Below are positions 22,670 to 33,153 of a DNA stretch of 64,000 nucleotides, in pieces; the first letter of the stretch is position 1, and each line of letters opens with the position of its first letter. The notes beneath the pieces were generated by a model that was given only the letters and a program-made list of their open reading frames with translations, was not told where the DNA came from and searched no databases. Both the position numbers and the translations under genes were made by a program. This stretch comes from an uncultured Nitrospinota bacterium (GTDB taxonomy: Bacteria > Tectomicrobia > Entotheonellia > J063 > CAVPRW01). The DNA is taken from the NCBI GenBank assembly GCA_963707985.1, contig CAVPRW010000031.1, positions 1 to 64,000 on the forward strand, written 5' to 3'.

Positions 22670-23139
22670 TGACGTAGGGCTCGATCAGCCAGCGGGGTTC
22701 TGGCGCCGGATGTGCGCTGGCGTATTCGATGTCGTCTTTTTGATGACCGTTGCCCTCGTGCTACTCCTCGAGATCATGGTGGCAGTTCCTATAGGAGAGA
22801 TCCTCGAGTTGGGGTGCGTTCGATAGCAATGAATCCGCGGCGCTATGGATTGTACTGGCGCTGGTATGGTGCGGAACGTCCATGATCCTCATGCCAGGTC
22901 TCTACTTCACGCTTACTGAAGGGGCATATGGACAAACCCTCGGCAAGGCTCTATTTCGTCTTGTGGTGGTGTCTGCCGATGGCCAACCCATTGGCTATGG
23001 TCGTGCCTTTGCCCGCCTGCTTACTTTTCCATATGCCCTCTTGCCTGCTGGATTGGGCCTCTTGTGGGCAGCGCTTCCTCCAGCTAAGCGGGCTTGGCAT
23101 GATTATATTACTGCAACGCGAGTCATCGCATCCGTATAA
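22653..23139 (+). CDS. RDD family membrane protein, frameshifted near 22810
   Basis: AGFWRR..AGVFD in ORF 22641-22826; GQTLGK..R..WHDYITATRV in ORF 22882-23139. Confidence 0.8.
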
Positions 23140-23148
23140 CCCTTGAGT

Positions 23149-25098
23149 TTACAGGCGTCGGCTGATCAGGATGAGGCTATTGCCACCCCCAGTCAACGTC
23201 CCCTGTGATACCCCCACGACAAAGGCCGGATAAGACCGCTGTCGCAAGATCGCTACACCGCTGACCACCCCGTCGAACTGCGGCGTGATCGCCGTCAGGC
23301 TGTAGCCGAAATCGGTATAGGACAGCACCACCACATCGCCACCCGAATAGACGTTCATGTTGGGTAACACACCTCCCATGCTTCGGGTATTGCGGGGTAT
23401 GACGACATCTTGACGGCCATCGCCATTGAGGTCGGCAACCGTCATCCCGGGCTCGAAATAGTATGGAAAGGGGCGTTTGACCCCCCCCGTCGTCTCACGC
23501 ATGACCTCGACCATACTAAAGCCACCGCCAACTCGGTCGCTGCTCTTGTACAGCTGCTGTTGCCCGCGATAGACCCGCAGTTGTCGGCTGTCATCGATCA
23601 TCACCAGATCCCGCTTCCCATCTCCAGCCAGATCAGCCAATGACACGCCGGTGGCGCGGTACACCTTAGGAACCTCGACCTGTTCCTGGCGTCGTAATTT
23701 GCCGTTATCAAAGGCGTACAGCGCGGCCCGGCCGGTGGTGAAAAATTCAGTCAGGTCATACTGCGTCCCCCAGACGGCGTCGTTGACCCCGTCGCCATTG
23801 GTATCGACAGCGACTAACAGCACGTCGATATGTTCCTGCAAGGGCTGGAGCCGGCCATTGCGAAACGTCAGAATCGCCGTATTGAGGGCGTTGTTGATGT
23901 ACTGGTTGACGATGATTTCCTGTCCCGGATTTTTATCGATCTCGACGCATTGCACGGACAGGAGCCTGGATGCCACGCCAGGGACGTATTGGTCGATGAA
24001 TTCGACCTGCTCTCCGGCCAGTTGATACATCAACACCTTCTTACCGTCCGTGACGATGATGTCCTCACTGCCCTCCGCGATGACGCTGCAGACATCCATA
24101 CTGGTAACCAGGAAGGGCAAGGTAATCAACTCTTTCATCGTTTTGCCTAGGTCCAGGGTCGAGAGGTCCAGACGATAGCCTGGTGGCGCTTTGCGAGGCT
24201 CTTTGAACACACCGGCACGCACTTCGGGACGATCTCTTGGGTCAGGCGGACCACCTCTGGATTCAGGCGCTCGAGCGACCGCCTCCGGCTCCGCGAGAAT
24301 CGCCGAGCTTGTGAGCAAAGTACGTTGCAGGGCAAGCCCGGTCAGACTCACTTCCAGCACCGATTCGTTGCCGACTTGCCGGGTGCGCGATGCGACCGCG
24401 TAGGTCACGCGCAGGTCCTCAGCCATCCGCGCCAAGATGTCTTGCGACAGGACCTCTTCGGGTTGAATACCCTTCTCGGCCAGGTAGACGCGCACGTTAT
24501 CCGCAGCCGTCACCTGGAAGCGGCCGGTTTGCTCAAGCGCTAGGCGAAAGCGCTCAAGCAATTCCTCGCGTGGCACCGAACCAGGCACATCGCCCCGCAG
24601 TGGCAGCAAGGCCAGGGGAATTTTCCCCTTCGTAATGCGGACGCGATCTCCAGTGCGTGGGGTGACAGTGGCCTTTGCCAGGCGCACGTTGCCGCTGGAA
24701 TAGGATTCAGAGACTTTGTTGATAATGATCACGCCGATGTCTTCCTCAAACCGGCCAAGCACGACTCCGGTGAGCGGATGTTTAAATTCCTCCCCCTTGC
24801 GGACGACCGACAATTCCATGCCTTCGCGGATATTATCGGGTGCACCCAGGGTGATGAAGGCCTCATTGCCCTGAACCTTCACCACATCGCCCTCGACCTT
24901 CGGGAACAGGTCGACAATTTCAGTCGACAGACGCTCAAGCGATCGACTGAGCTGCCCCTGGCCCTGAGCCTCGAAAGCGCTGCCAAGTACCACCAGCAAG
25001 GCACACCAGGCGCTGAGCAAGGGCCATCTCTGTGCTTTCACCCACCTCTGCCAGGAGTAGCCCTTGTATGCTGGTGCCTTCTCTCTGTCATTCAGCAT
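23149..25098 (-). CDS. Secreted FG-GAP/VCBS repeat protein
   Basis: Signal peptide; repeats DTNGDGVND, DLAGDGKRDL, DLNGDGRQDV. Confidence 0.75.
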   Translation of the reverse strand: MLNDREKAPAYKGYSWQRWVKAQRWPLLSAWCALLVVLGSAFEAQGQGQLSRSLERLSTEIVDLFPKVEGDVVKVQGNEAFITLGAPDNIREGMELSVVRKGEEFKHPLTGVVLGRFEEDIGVIIINKVSESYSSGNVRLAKATVTPRTGDRVRITKGKIPLALLPLRGDVPGSVPREELLERFRLALEQTGRFQVTAADNVRVYLAEKGIQPEEVLSQDILARMAEDLRVTYAVASRTRQVGNESVLEVSLTGLALQRTLLTSSAILAEPEAVARAPESRGGPPDPRDRPEVRAGVFKEPRKAPPGYRLDLSTLDLGKTMKELITLPFLVTSMDVCSVIAEGSEDIIVTDGKKVLMYQLAGEQVEFIDQYVPGVASRLLSVQCVEIDKNPGQEIIVNQYINNALNTAILTFRNGRLQPLQEHIDVLLVAVDTNGDGVNDAVWGTQYDLTEFFTTGRAALYAFDNGKLRRQEQVEVPKVYRATGVSLADLAGDGKRDLVMIDDSRQLRVYRGQQQLYKSSDRVGGGFSMVEVMRETTGGVKRPFPYYFEPGMTVADLNGDGRQDVVIPRNTRSMGGVLPNMNVYSGGDVVVLSYTDFGYSLTAITPQFDGVVSGVAILRQRSYPAFVVGVSQGTLTGGGNSLILISRRL

Positions 25099-25142
25099 CG
25101 CCCGCCGCCTCCTCCATCTCCCCTTGCCAGTATACGCGTGTG

Positions 25143-25886
25143 CTACGGTAGCTGGCTGATGATTTTTCCCTTGTCACCTTTGCTCCGATCCGTGCGATCA
25201 CGCCATCCGATCGCCACCTGATAGGTGCGAGGCTCCGGTGCGAGCTTGAGGATCACATAGAGCCGATCTGCAGTATCGCTGAGGTTACGGCCTTGACCGA
25301 TCACCAGAGACATGCCATTCAGCGAGGGTGCATTTTCTGCTACCCACTTCGGGAAGGTCCCCTGGTAGACTGCGTTCGCCAGGAAATCATAGGAGACCTG
25401 GGGAACTTCATACGATCGGCCGCCGAAGATCGATGGGTTACCGAGCGTCATCCGTCTCAGCGTCCCCTCGGGATTGGCCCCGAGGAACCAGATTTGCTGC
25501 CATGCAACCATATATGTTCTCACCACAAACGCCACCGTGTCGCCAGGATTCGCGTCAAAGATGACTGTCGTCCAGGCCTGCTCTCTGGTGATCGGCAGCA
25601 CCGACACCCGATTCGGGATGATTCCTCCGTAGGCAGGATCTTCCAACAGCAGCGTGTTGCGATCAGGGATCACGGCAGTGGCCGGAAACTCCATGCTGTC
25701 AAGCCGTGTTTGAAGCCGAATCAGGCTGCCGTCGCCGGGTTGGCCTGGCACGGGTCGATCGGTGTAGGAGGAAATCGTCATGAAATCTAAATTGACCACC
25801 TGCAGTCGATACTCCGCCGCCCACGCTGGCAGGGTCAGTAGCAACGCTATCCCAACACTCCATCCAAGAATTGACCGCAATTTCAT
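25143..25886 (-). CDS. Hypothetical secreted protein
   Basis: RBS GAGGAAGG; Sec signal ending AWA; no family recognised. Confidence 0.65.
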   Translation of the reverse strand: MKLRSILGWSVGIALLLTLPAWAAEYRLQVVNLDFMTISSYTDRPVPGQPGDGSLIRLQTRLDSMEFPATAVIPDRNTLLLEDPAYGGIIPNRVSVLPITREQAWTTVIFDANPGDTVAFVVRTYMVAWQQIWFLGANPEGTLRRMTLGNPSIFGGRSYEVPQVSYDFLANAVYQGTFPKWVAENAPSLNGMSLVIGQGRNLSDTADRLYVILKLAPEPRTYQVAIGWRDRTDRSKGDKGKIISQLP

Positions 25887-26267
25887 CGTTCCTTCCTCTC
25901 ATACTGACAGGTTTCAGGGAAAGACGGCGCCGGAGCACCAATTTATCATATCACGTGCTGTTAGTTGAGTCGACAGTCGGGATGGTGGGAATATTCCCTA
26001 TGATACGCTTACCGGCGAAACAACTCTCGTGCTTTCCCCGGACAATCGACGGCAGCTTGATACGAGGTGGGAAGAACCTCGAAGGCGACCATTATCCCGC
26101 CATGGACTACAGGCTGGATCGAGCTCACACCTGGTAAACCGTGAACGATTCAGATCTCAGGAGTACCAAGGCCTGAGGCTTTCAAGGGGGGTGACGGAAG
26201 ACCTCAGCGGTAAAGAGCCTGCAGGGTCGTGCAGTTCCCTGCAGGCTCTTGGTCGAATCGTTTCACC

Positions 26268-26609
26268 TTATGAGGATGCACTCCTTTGCTTCTCCATCTC
26301 CTGATCTTCAAGGGCCTGGATGTGCGCCAATTCCATGTCCAGGCGCTTAAGGATTTCGATCAAACTCTGCACCTCGGCATCTTGCAGATTCCCCGCTTCC
26401 TTCCCCTCTCGCACCGCTTTCTCATAGAGCTTACTGCCGAGCTCGGCGAACTTTTTCGCGATCTCGCGCTCAAGCCTGGTCTTCTCAAGCCTGAATTTGA
26501 TCACCTCAGCCGTGTCCTCGGCCTTTTCCATCAACACCTCGACGGATTTCTGCGCAGTTTCCAGTGCGGCTTCCATCCCCTTGACCACACGATCATAGAG
26601 CATTGCCAT
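26268..26609 (-). CDS. Small coiled-coil hypothetical protein
   Basis: RBS GGAGGG; helical, charged ORF (..KKFAELGSKLYE..). Confidence 0.65.
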   Translation of the reverse strand: MAMLYDRVVKGMEAALETAQKSVEVLMEKAEDTAEVIKFRLEKTRLEREIAKKFAELGSKLYEKAVREGKEAGNLQDAEVQSLIEILKRLDMELAHIQALEDQEMEKQRSASS

Positions 26610-26933
26610 GACAATCCCTCCGCTCATGAAAAGGGTAAATACCAGCTCCAGTGTTTAAGATATGTCGGCCAACCGTGATCGTCAACCCGCGAGCCATGCC
26701 AAGCCTTGGGGGCGTTGACATGGTGGGGTTACCCGCGCGGTGATATGGTGAAGGCTTCCCATCCTGCTGGGCATGACCGCAGCGGGCTCTTTTTGTTGCT
26801 GGAGGCCGCTCGGCCCAGTACAATAGCCCTAATTCTGGTGCCAGTACCCTTAACCGTGTGAGCGAGTGCAACGGTGCCATCCGCAACGATGGGCAGACTG
26901 CTATGCGAGATCGACTGACCAAGAAAGTCGACC

Positions 26934-28031
26934 ATGCGCAACGGCTTTGATGATGTTACCCACCTACTGACGCATGGGGTTGAGGCGGAGTACTTTCCTG
27001 GGGCCGTTCTGGTCGTTGGCTACCAGGGACAAGTCGTGTATGAAGAGGCGGTCGGCCATGCGGCACTCCTCCCGAGCGCACGCCGCATGACCGTGGACAC
27101 GGTGTTCGACCTGGCCTCGCTCACCAAGCCGATCGCCACGGCAACGGCACTGATGCTGCTGATCGAGGCCGGCAGCGTAGGACTTGATGACCCGATTGAC
27201 AGCTATCTCGACACCTGGTGCCAACCTGCCTATGACACCCCAACGCTCCGACAACTCCTGAGCCATTGCTCAGGCCTCCCAGCCTGGCGTCCATATTACC
27301 AGAGCATCAATCGCACCTTACCACCACTCGGCCAGCGCCGTGCCATCTATGCCATGGTGCATCGAGAAGCCCTGACTAGCCATCCAGGGACGATGGTGCG
27401 ATACAGCGACGCAGGTTTCATCTTGCTGTGTGAAGTCATTGAGACAGTCACGCGCACGCCATTGGACGCCTTCTGTCAGCGAGAGATTTTTGTCCCTCTG
27501 CACCTAGGAGATATGGCATTTCTCCCCCTGGGGCAACCGCAGCCTATCGGCATGGCATTCGCGAGTACGGAGCAGTGCCCATGGCGTCGGCGCATTATGG
27601 TGGGAGAGGTGCACGACGAAAATGCCTGGATTATGGGAGGCGTGGCCGGACACGCTGGGCTGTTTGCCACTGGGCGTCAGGTTTGGCGGTTTGCACAAAG
27701 CCTCCTGCATGGGCTGCGGGGACGAACGTGGTTGGTGTCGCCGCCGACCGTGCGAACCTTTACCACTCGCCAGCCAGCTCCCGAGGGATCGACATGGGCC
27801 CTCGGTTGGGACACCCCGACGCCTGGGAAATCCTCGGCTGGTCAGTACGTCTCCCCAGCCGCCATCGGTCACCTGGGATTTACCGGGACGTCACTGTGGA
27901 TCGACCCCGACCAGGACGTGATCACCGTCCTTCTGACCAACCGAGTACACCCATCACGTCAACGAGAAGGCATCAGAACTTTTCGCCCGCTCATCCATGA
28001 TGCCGTAGCTTGTGCCCTAAAAACGAGATAG
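26934..28031 (+). CDS. Serine hydrolase, beta-lactamase family
   Basis: FDLASLTK (SxxK), YSD, GEVHDENA, GHAGLF, GHLGFTGT. Confidence 0.9.
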   Translation: MRNGFDDVTHLLTHGVEAEYFPGAVLVVGYQGQVVYEEAVGHAALLPSARRMTVDTVFDLASLTKPIATATALMLLIEAGSVGLDDPIDSYLDTWCQPAYDTPTLRQLLSHCSGLPAWRPYYQSINRTLPPLGQRRAIYAMVHREALTSHPGTMVRYSDAGFILLCEVIETVTRTPLDAFCQREIFVPLHLGDMAFLPLGQPQPIGMAFASTEQCPWRRRIMVGEVHDENAWIMGGVAGHAGLFATGRQVWRFAQSLLHGLRGRTWLVSPPTVRTFTTRQPAPEGSTWALGWDTPTPGKSSAGQYVSPAAIGHLGFTGTSLWIDPDQDVITVLLTNRVHPSRQREGIRTFRPLIHDAVACALKTR

Positions 28032-28114
28032 GCGTTGGAAGTTCACGGTGCAAGGTTAGCGGTTCGAATCAAGGCTCGATTGAGGGAATTGCCGGAGAGA
28101 GGGAGGATTACCAG

Positions 28115-29566
28115 GTGCCTGATCCACGACATATCCACCTGATCGCCATCTGCGGAGTCGGCATGAGTGCGTTGGCTGGGATGCTGCAAACCCGTGGATT
28201 TCGGGTGACGGGCTCGGATCAAAATGTCTATCCCCCCATGAGCACGCAACTAGAGGCGCTGGGAATCGAGTTGCGCCAGGGATTCTCGCCGGATCACCTG
28301 ACTGATCATCCGGATCTCATCGTTGTTGGTAATGCCGTATCGCAGTCCAACCCGGAAGTGCAGGCTATGCTCGCACAGAACCTCCCCTTCCTCTCCTTAC
28401 CGCAGGCCCTGGCGCAGTTTTTTCTGGGTGAGTGCCATCCGATCGTGGTGGCCGGTACGCACGGCAAGACGACCACCGCGTCGCTCATGGCCTGGGTTCT
28501 GGAATCGGCGGGCCTGGACCCAAGCTACATGATTGGCGGCATTCCGCGCAACTTCGGGACCAACTATCAACTTGGACGTGGCAACTTCTTCGTGGTGGAG
28601 GGGGATGAATACGACACGGCGTTCTTCGACAAGGGGCCAAAGTTCCTGCACTACCGTCCGCGCAGCGCCATACTCACCAGCGTTGAGTTCGACCACGCTG
28701 ATATCTATCGGGACCTCGACCATGTCAAAGCGGCTTTCCAACGCTTTGTGCACATCTTGCCGTCGGATGGCTACCTAGCGGCTGGCATCGATTTCCCGCA
28801 TGTGCATGACGTATTGACATCAGTGCCATGCCGGTGGGAGGGGTACGGCTTTTCAGAGCGGGCGGATTGGCAGGCGATCGATGTTGAAGCCGCGACAGAG
28901 GTGACGCGATTCGTCGTCCAGTACCAGGGTCAGCGCATGGGCACGATTAGTTGGGGGCTCGTGGGGCGTCACAACATCCAGAATGCGCTGGCAGTTATCG
29001 CTGTGGCGCACCGTCTAGGCGTATCATTCGACGATATTCGCCAGGGTGTGCAGTCCTTCGCGGGGGTGAAACGCCGCCAGGAAGTTCGCGGCGTTGTCCG
29101 GAACATCACACTTATCGACGATTTTGCCCACCACCCGACAGCGATTCGTGAAACGCTTGCCGCCTTGCGCGCCCGTTATCAGGGTCGTCGGCTGTGGGCC
29201 ATCTTCGAGCCACGCTCGGCTACCAGCCGGCGGGCGACATTTCAGGAGGATTTTGTCGAGGCGTTTGCTGAGGCCGATGGTGTGGTCATCGCCGGGCTTT
29301 TCAATCCGGAGATGATTCCTGCCGATGCCCGATTGTCGCCCGAGCGCTTGGCGCAGGATATTGTTTGCCGATATGCGAAGCCGGCCGTGTATCTTCCCAC
29401 CGTGGATGCCATCGTGGCTCATCTAGCCGCGTGCGTCCGCCCCGGGGACGTGGTCGCGATCATGTCGAACGGCGGGTTCGGTGGGATTCATGAGAAACTG
29501 CTGGCCGCCCTGAGCCAAGAGGAAAACAGCAGATCTCCCTTGTCTGCTGGGAGCGGGGCGGGCTAA
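28115..29566 (+). CDS. mpl: Murein tripeptide ligase (Mpl/MurC family)
   Basis: IAICGVGM, GSDQNVYPPMSTQL, GTHGKTTT, EGDEYDTAFFDK, DDFAHHPT, MSNGGFGGIH. Confidence 0.9.
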   Translation: MPDPRHIHLIAICGVGMSALAGMLQTRGFRVTGSDQNVYPPMSTQLEALGIELRQGFSPDHLTDHPDLIVVGNAVSQSNPEVQAMLAQNLPFLSLPQALAQFFLGECHPIVVAGTHGKTTTASLMAWVLESAGLDPSYMIGGIPRNFGTNYQLGRGNFFVVEGDEYDTAFFDKGPKFLHYRPRSAILTSVEFDHADIYRDLDHVKAAFQRFVHILPSDGYLAAGIDFPHVHDVLTSVPCRWEGYGFSERADWQAIDVEAATEVTRFVVQYQGQRMGTISWGLVGRHNIQNALAVIAVAHRLGVSFDDIRQGVQSFAGVKRRQEVRGVVRNITLIDDFAHHPTAIRETLAALRARYQGRRLWAIFEPRSATSRRATFQEDFVEAFAEADGVVIAGLFNPEMIPADARLSPERLAQDIVCRYAKPAVYLPTVDAIVAHLAACVRPGDVVAIMSNGGFGGIHEKLLAALSQEENSRSPLSAGSGAG

Positions 29567-29945
29567 GTACAGCGCGTCATAAATAGCTACTCAATTTCAA
29601 GCGGCCAGGGCAGGTGCCGCAGCCATGATCTTCGCCACGGATTTGCTGGACCAGTTAAACGGATGGGCATGCTGATTCCATTCTTGAATGAACTGCTGCA
29701 GCTTTGTGTGAAGCTGATCTTTGGATTCAAAATCTGCAATGTGCAGGCGTTTGCGTTGGAGAATACTGAACCACTGTTCCACCTGATTCATCCAGGAGCA
29801 ATGCACGGGTGTGAAGTGCACGACAAAGCGTGGATGATGTGCCAACCACGTTCTGACCTCTTTCCCATGGTGCGTGCTGACATGGTCGCACACCAAATGA
29901 ATCGTGCGGATCTGTTCAGCGACTTCCATATCTACCGCTTCGAGA
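29567..29945 (-). mobile_element. IS630-family element, 3' end (transposase C-terminal fragment plus IR)
   Basis: IHLVCDHVSTH..HFTPVHCSWMNQVEQWFS; IR GTACAGCGCGTCATAAATAGCTACTCAA begins at 29567, right after TAA. Confidence 0.85.
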
Positions 29946-30367
29946 AAGGCGACAAATTCCTGCCACAGCGAGGTATGAGGCTACCTGGCCTAAACCCAAG
30001 AAGCCTATCACCAGAGGCAATAAGCACAGATGACCCCGCCGGATGTAAGGGAATGAGCAATTCTCTTTCAGGTGACGCCACTGAAGGCGCAGACCCCGGC
30101 GGGGATGCGCCGAACTTAATCAACCAGAGTTTTGCGTCTCGTTTGTTCGTTTCTCTTGAAGCAAGTGATAGATGTCAACACCAGCATCATTAAGGATGCT
30201 AGCTATCCTACCCATGACTTCGCGGAAATGTCTCAGATTGATAATGTTTTCTGGAAGTGAAGGATTTCCTTAGATAGGCTACTTTAGCCCCTGCTTCGCC
30301 TATGAACGGGTACTGCTTAACAAGCGCTTGCACCATTGCCGGTTGCTCCATAGTGTTCTCCTCCTTA

Positions 30368-30568
30368 GGTTCGAAGCGAACAAAGGTATCAAAAGTTTCA
30401 CAGGACTTCTCTATTATCAATCGTATCAATAAGTTGTGAGATTGTAACTCTTGGGTTTCGTCGCGTTTCCATCGCAATTTTGGGAAGCCCATCTTCTCCA
30501 CAACTCATTGTAAAATATGATATTTGAAAAAGCCGTGAAACTTTTGGTACCTTTGTTCGCTTCAACCC
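30368..30568. repeat. 201-bp MITE-like element, copy 1
   Basis: 34-bp terminal inverted repeats (31/34 identical), AT-rich non-coding interior; identical by eye to 35536-35736. Confidence 0.85.
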
Positions 30569-30569
30569 A

Positions 30570-31162
30570 TCAATCGGCCGCGGATTCTCGACTGGTGGGA
30601 TGACCTCCTGCGAGTTGCCGGGTCCTTGAAGCTGGGCTGGGTGACCGCTTCCCTACTGGTGCAAAAGCTCCAAGCCTATCCGCAGCAAAACGCGCTGGCG
30701 CGTGCCCTCCAGGAATATGGCCGCCTGGCCAGAACCCTGCATATCCTCCGGTGGTACGCCTACCCCGAGGATCGACGCCGTTTCCTCCGGCAGCTCAACA
30801 AAGGCGAAGCGCTGCACGACCTGCGGGCCTTTGTCATGGTGGCGAATAAAGGCCAGCTCCGCCAGAGTCGCGGCGAGGCGTTAGCCCATCACGCGCTCTG
30901 TCTCAATCTGGTGACCAATGCGATCATCGTCTGGAATACGGTGTACATGGCAGCGGTGGTGGAGCAACTGACGCAGGAAGGCTATCCCGTGCAGGAGAGT
31001 GATCTGGCCCATGTCTGGCCCACGCGGTACACCCACATCAATGTCTATGGCAAATATGACTTCAATGTCGAAGAAGCCCACGCACGTAAGGGCCTCCGAC
31101 CGCTCCGGTCGCCAGGACAGCGTGGCTAGCGTACAAAATTTCTCCTTTTCATCGGGGAAGCC
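30570..31162 (+). mobile_element. Tn3-family transposase C-terminal fragment with IR remnant
   Basis: WDDLLRVAGSLKLG..ALQEYGRLARTLHILRW..QLNKGEALHDL..LNLVTNAIIVWNTVYM; Tn3-like end CTAGCGTACAAAA.. at ~31126-31162. Confidence 0.85.
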
Positions 31163-31174
31163 AACCATGGCTAT

Positions 31175-31604
31175 GTGTTAGCTCCCCTTCCTGTGGCACC
31201 CGTCAATGAGACGGATATGGTCCTGTTGCCGAAGGGGCTGAAGGCCTTGAAGCAGGTCGCCAAACAGGTCGGTTTGGACCTGAGAGGCGCCTATCTCAAC
31301 CTCGATGGCGGCTTTGATTCCACACACAATCGGAAGTGCATTTTCAATGCGGGCATAATTCCCAACATCAAAGAGAATCCCCGCAATCGCAAGACCACCA
31401 AGCGCGGACGCAAACGCTTCTTCAATGAAGCCATCCATGCGTTACGAGTGTGTGTCGAGCGGACCTTTGCGTGGGAAGATAAGTTCAAGCGGCTGCTTCT
31501 GCGCTTTGAACGCAACCAGCAACGGCACTATGGCATGAAGTTAATGGCGTACACATTGATTAATCTGCGGGAGTTCTGTGGTACCTAAAACTTGCAACCA
31601 GTTA
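31175..31604 (+). mobile_element. IS5-family transposase 3' fragment
   Basis: LNLDGGFDS, VERTFAWEDKFKRLLLRFER; putative IR AACTTGCAACCAGTTA after the stop. Confidence 0.75.
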
Positions 31605-31655
31605 GAGGTGACTATTGAAGGAACTATTGAAGTGACTATTAACTCATCCGGATAC

Positions 31656-31722
31656 TGGGGTTTTTTGCATGATCCCTCTCATGCCGTGCTCGGCATGAGA
31701 GGGGATCATGCAAAAAACCCCA
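31656..31722. repeat. Near-perfect 31-bp inverted repeat with a 4-nt loop
   Basis: TGGGGTTTTTTGCATGATCCCTCTCATGCCG-tgct-CGGCATGAGAGGGGATCATGCAAAAAACCCCA (one extra G in the right arm). Confidence 0.85.
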
Positions 31723-31735
31723 TGATGAGCTGTAC

Positions 31736-32710
31736 TTAGCGAGGCTGCGTCAGCGCTTGGAACGCGGGGTCTGAGCGGAGGCTCTGAAAGTCGTCATCCG
31801 TTTGCGCCACGGACGCCAGGGCAGGATTGAACCCGATCGCCCGCGCTAAGTGCTCAAGGGCGCTGACGCGCTCCCCAAGATGCGCATACGCCGCAGCCAA
31901 GTTGTAGAAGGCATCGTCGAACTGGGGGTTGAGCCGGATGGCCTCCTGAAGGGGCTCCACGGCCGCCTGGTAGTCGCCCCGCGGGAGCAAGGTGGTGCCG
32001 AGATTGTAGTGGGCGCTGGCGTAAGAGGGGTTGAGCGCGATCGCCTGCTTGAAGGCGGCCACCGCCCGCTCGCGCTCTCGCATCCCGTCATGGGCAAGCC
32101 CTAGGTTAAAGAAGGTCATCGGATCCTTGGGGTCGAGTGTCCTCGCCCGCATGAGGACCTCAACGGCCGAAGCGAACCGCCGTTGTTTCACATACAGATT
32201 CCCAAGCCGCACGTAGGAGCCCTGATGGGTGGGGTCCAGTGCGAGCGCTCTGAGAAACAGCGCCTCTGCCTCGTCGAGGCGCCCGTCCTCGAGGCTCATC
32301 ACTCCCAGGTTGTAGCAGGCCCTGGGGAAGCGAGGTTCTAGGCGGAGTGCTTCGAGAAACGCCTTGCGGCCTGCCTCCCGATCACCTGCCTGCAGTAACG
32401 CCACGCCCAGATTGAGGCGTGCCGGCGCGAACTCGGGCCGTAACTCGACGGCCCGGCGCAGGTGCTGCTCGGCCTCGCTCAGCTTGCCGACCTGCAGATA
32501 CAGCAGCCCGGTCCCATACTGGACGTTGAAATCGTCAGGCTTCAGCCCTGCCGCTCGATGGTACAGGTCGGCAGCGGCGTCAAGTCGCTCCTCCTGCTTG
32601 GCCTGTTCGGCTAAGGCAATCAGCTGCTCAGCATTCTCCGCTGCACTGCAGGCGAGCAGGATCGAGACACACAGCAGCCAGAGCTTCTTTTGCCACCGTA
32701 TCCCAGACAT
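31736..32710 (-). CDS. TPR-repeat lipoprotein
   Basis: Lipobox LLAC; multiple TPRs (A.YNLG..); C-terminal AQTDDDFQSLRSDPAF cap. Confidence 0.85.
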   Translation of the reverse strand: MSGIRWQKKLWLLCVSILLACSAAENAEQLIALAEQAKQEERLDAAADLYHRAAGLKPDDFNVQYGTGLLYLQVGKLSEAEQHLRRAVELRPEFAPARLNLGVALLQAGDREAGRKAFLEALRLEPRFPRACYNLGVMSLEDGRLDEAEALFLRALALDPTHQGSYVRLGNLYVKQRRFASAVEVLMRARTLDPKDPMTFFNLGLAHDGMRERERAVAAFKQAIALNPSYASAHYNLGTTLLPRGDYQAAVEPLQEAIRLNPQFDDAFYNLAAAYAHLGERVSALEHLARAIGFNPALASVAQTDDDFQSLRSDPAFQALTQPR

Positions 32711-33153
32711 GACTACTGGCGCTGTGCCGCCGCACGTGCTGTATTGGATAAGCCAGGCCAAGCGCAAAGTCCCCTGCTCCGCTTCACTGAAGGAAAAGAC
32801 ACCACCGGATCCCGAGGGTCGCGAGGGCTGCCACGAGAGCAACGACTGAAGTCCTCATCGCCTCGTCGTCGCTATGATGCACCCGACACAGAATGCAAGA
32901 TCCATCTCAGGGCGACCCGAGAGGATTCATCGCTTCAACCTATCGCAGGCATGCCGCCACCCATGGACGATTGCCGTTCATTGTATGGAGAGCCGATCGA
33001 ATGCTCGCGTCTAATCGATGTGGTGTGAGTATGACCCACATCTCTGGGAAACTGACAGGATCACGTCACGGCGAGAACCGGGCGTTGAAAGCCGTTGCCC
33101 CCTGGCTGATCATTCAGCCGTGCCACGTGCCGACTTACCCCGGGGGAGCCGCC

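Noticed and set aside
30040..30120. Glycine-riboswitch-like words (CTTTCAGG, CTGAAGGCGCA)
   Set aside because: Wrong order and spacing, no GGAGA element and no relevant downstream gene.
31608..31722. CRISPR array
   Set aside because: The repeats are 12 bp and contiguous with no spacers; no cas genes; no repeat-spacer array seen anywhere in the window.
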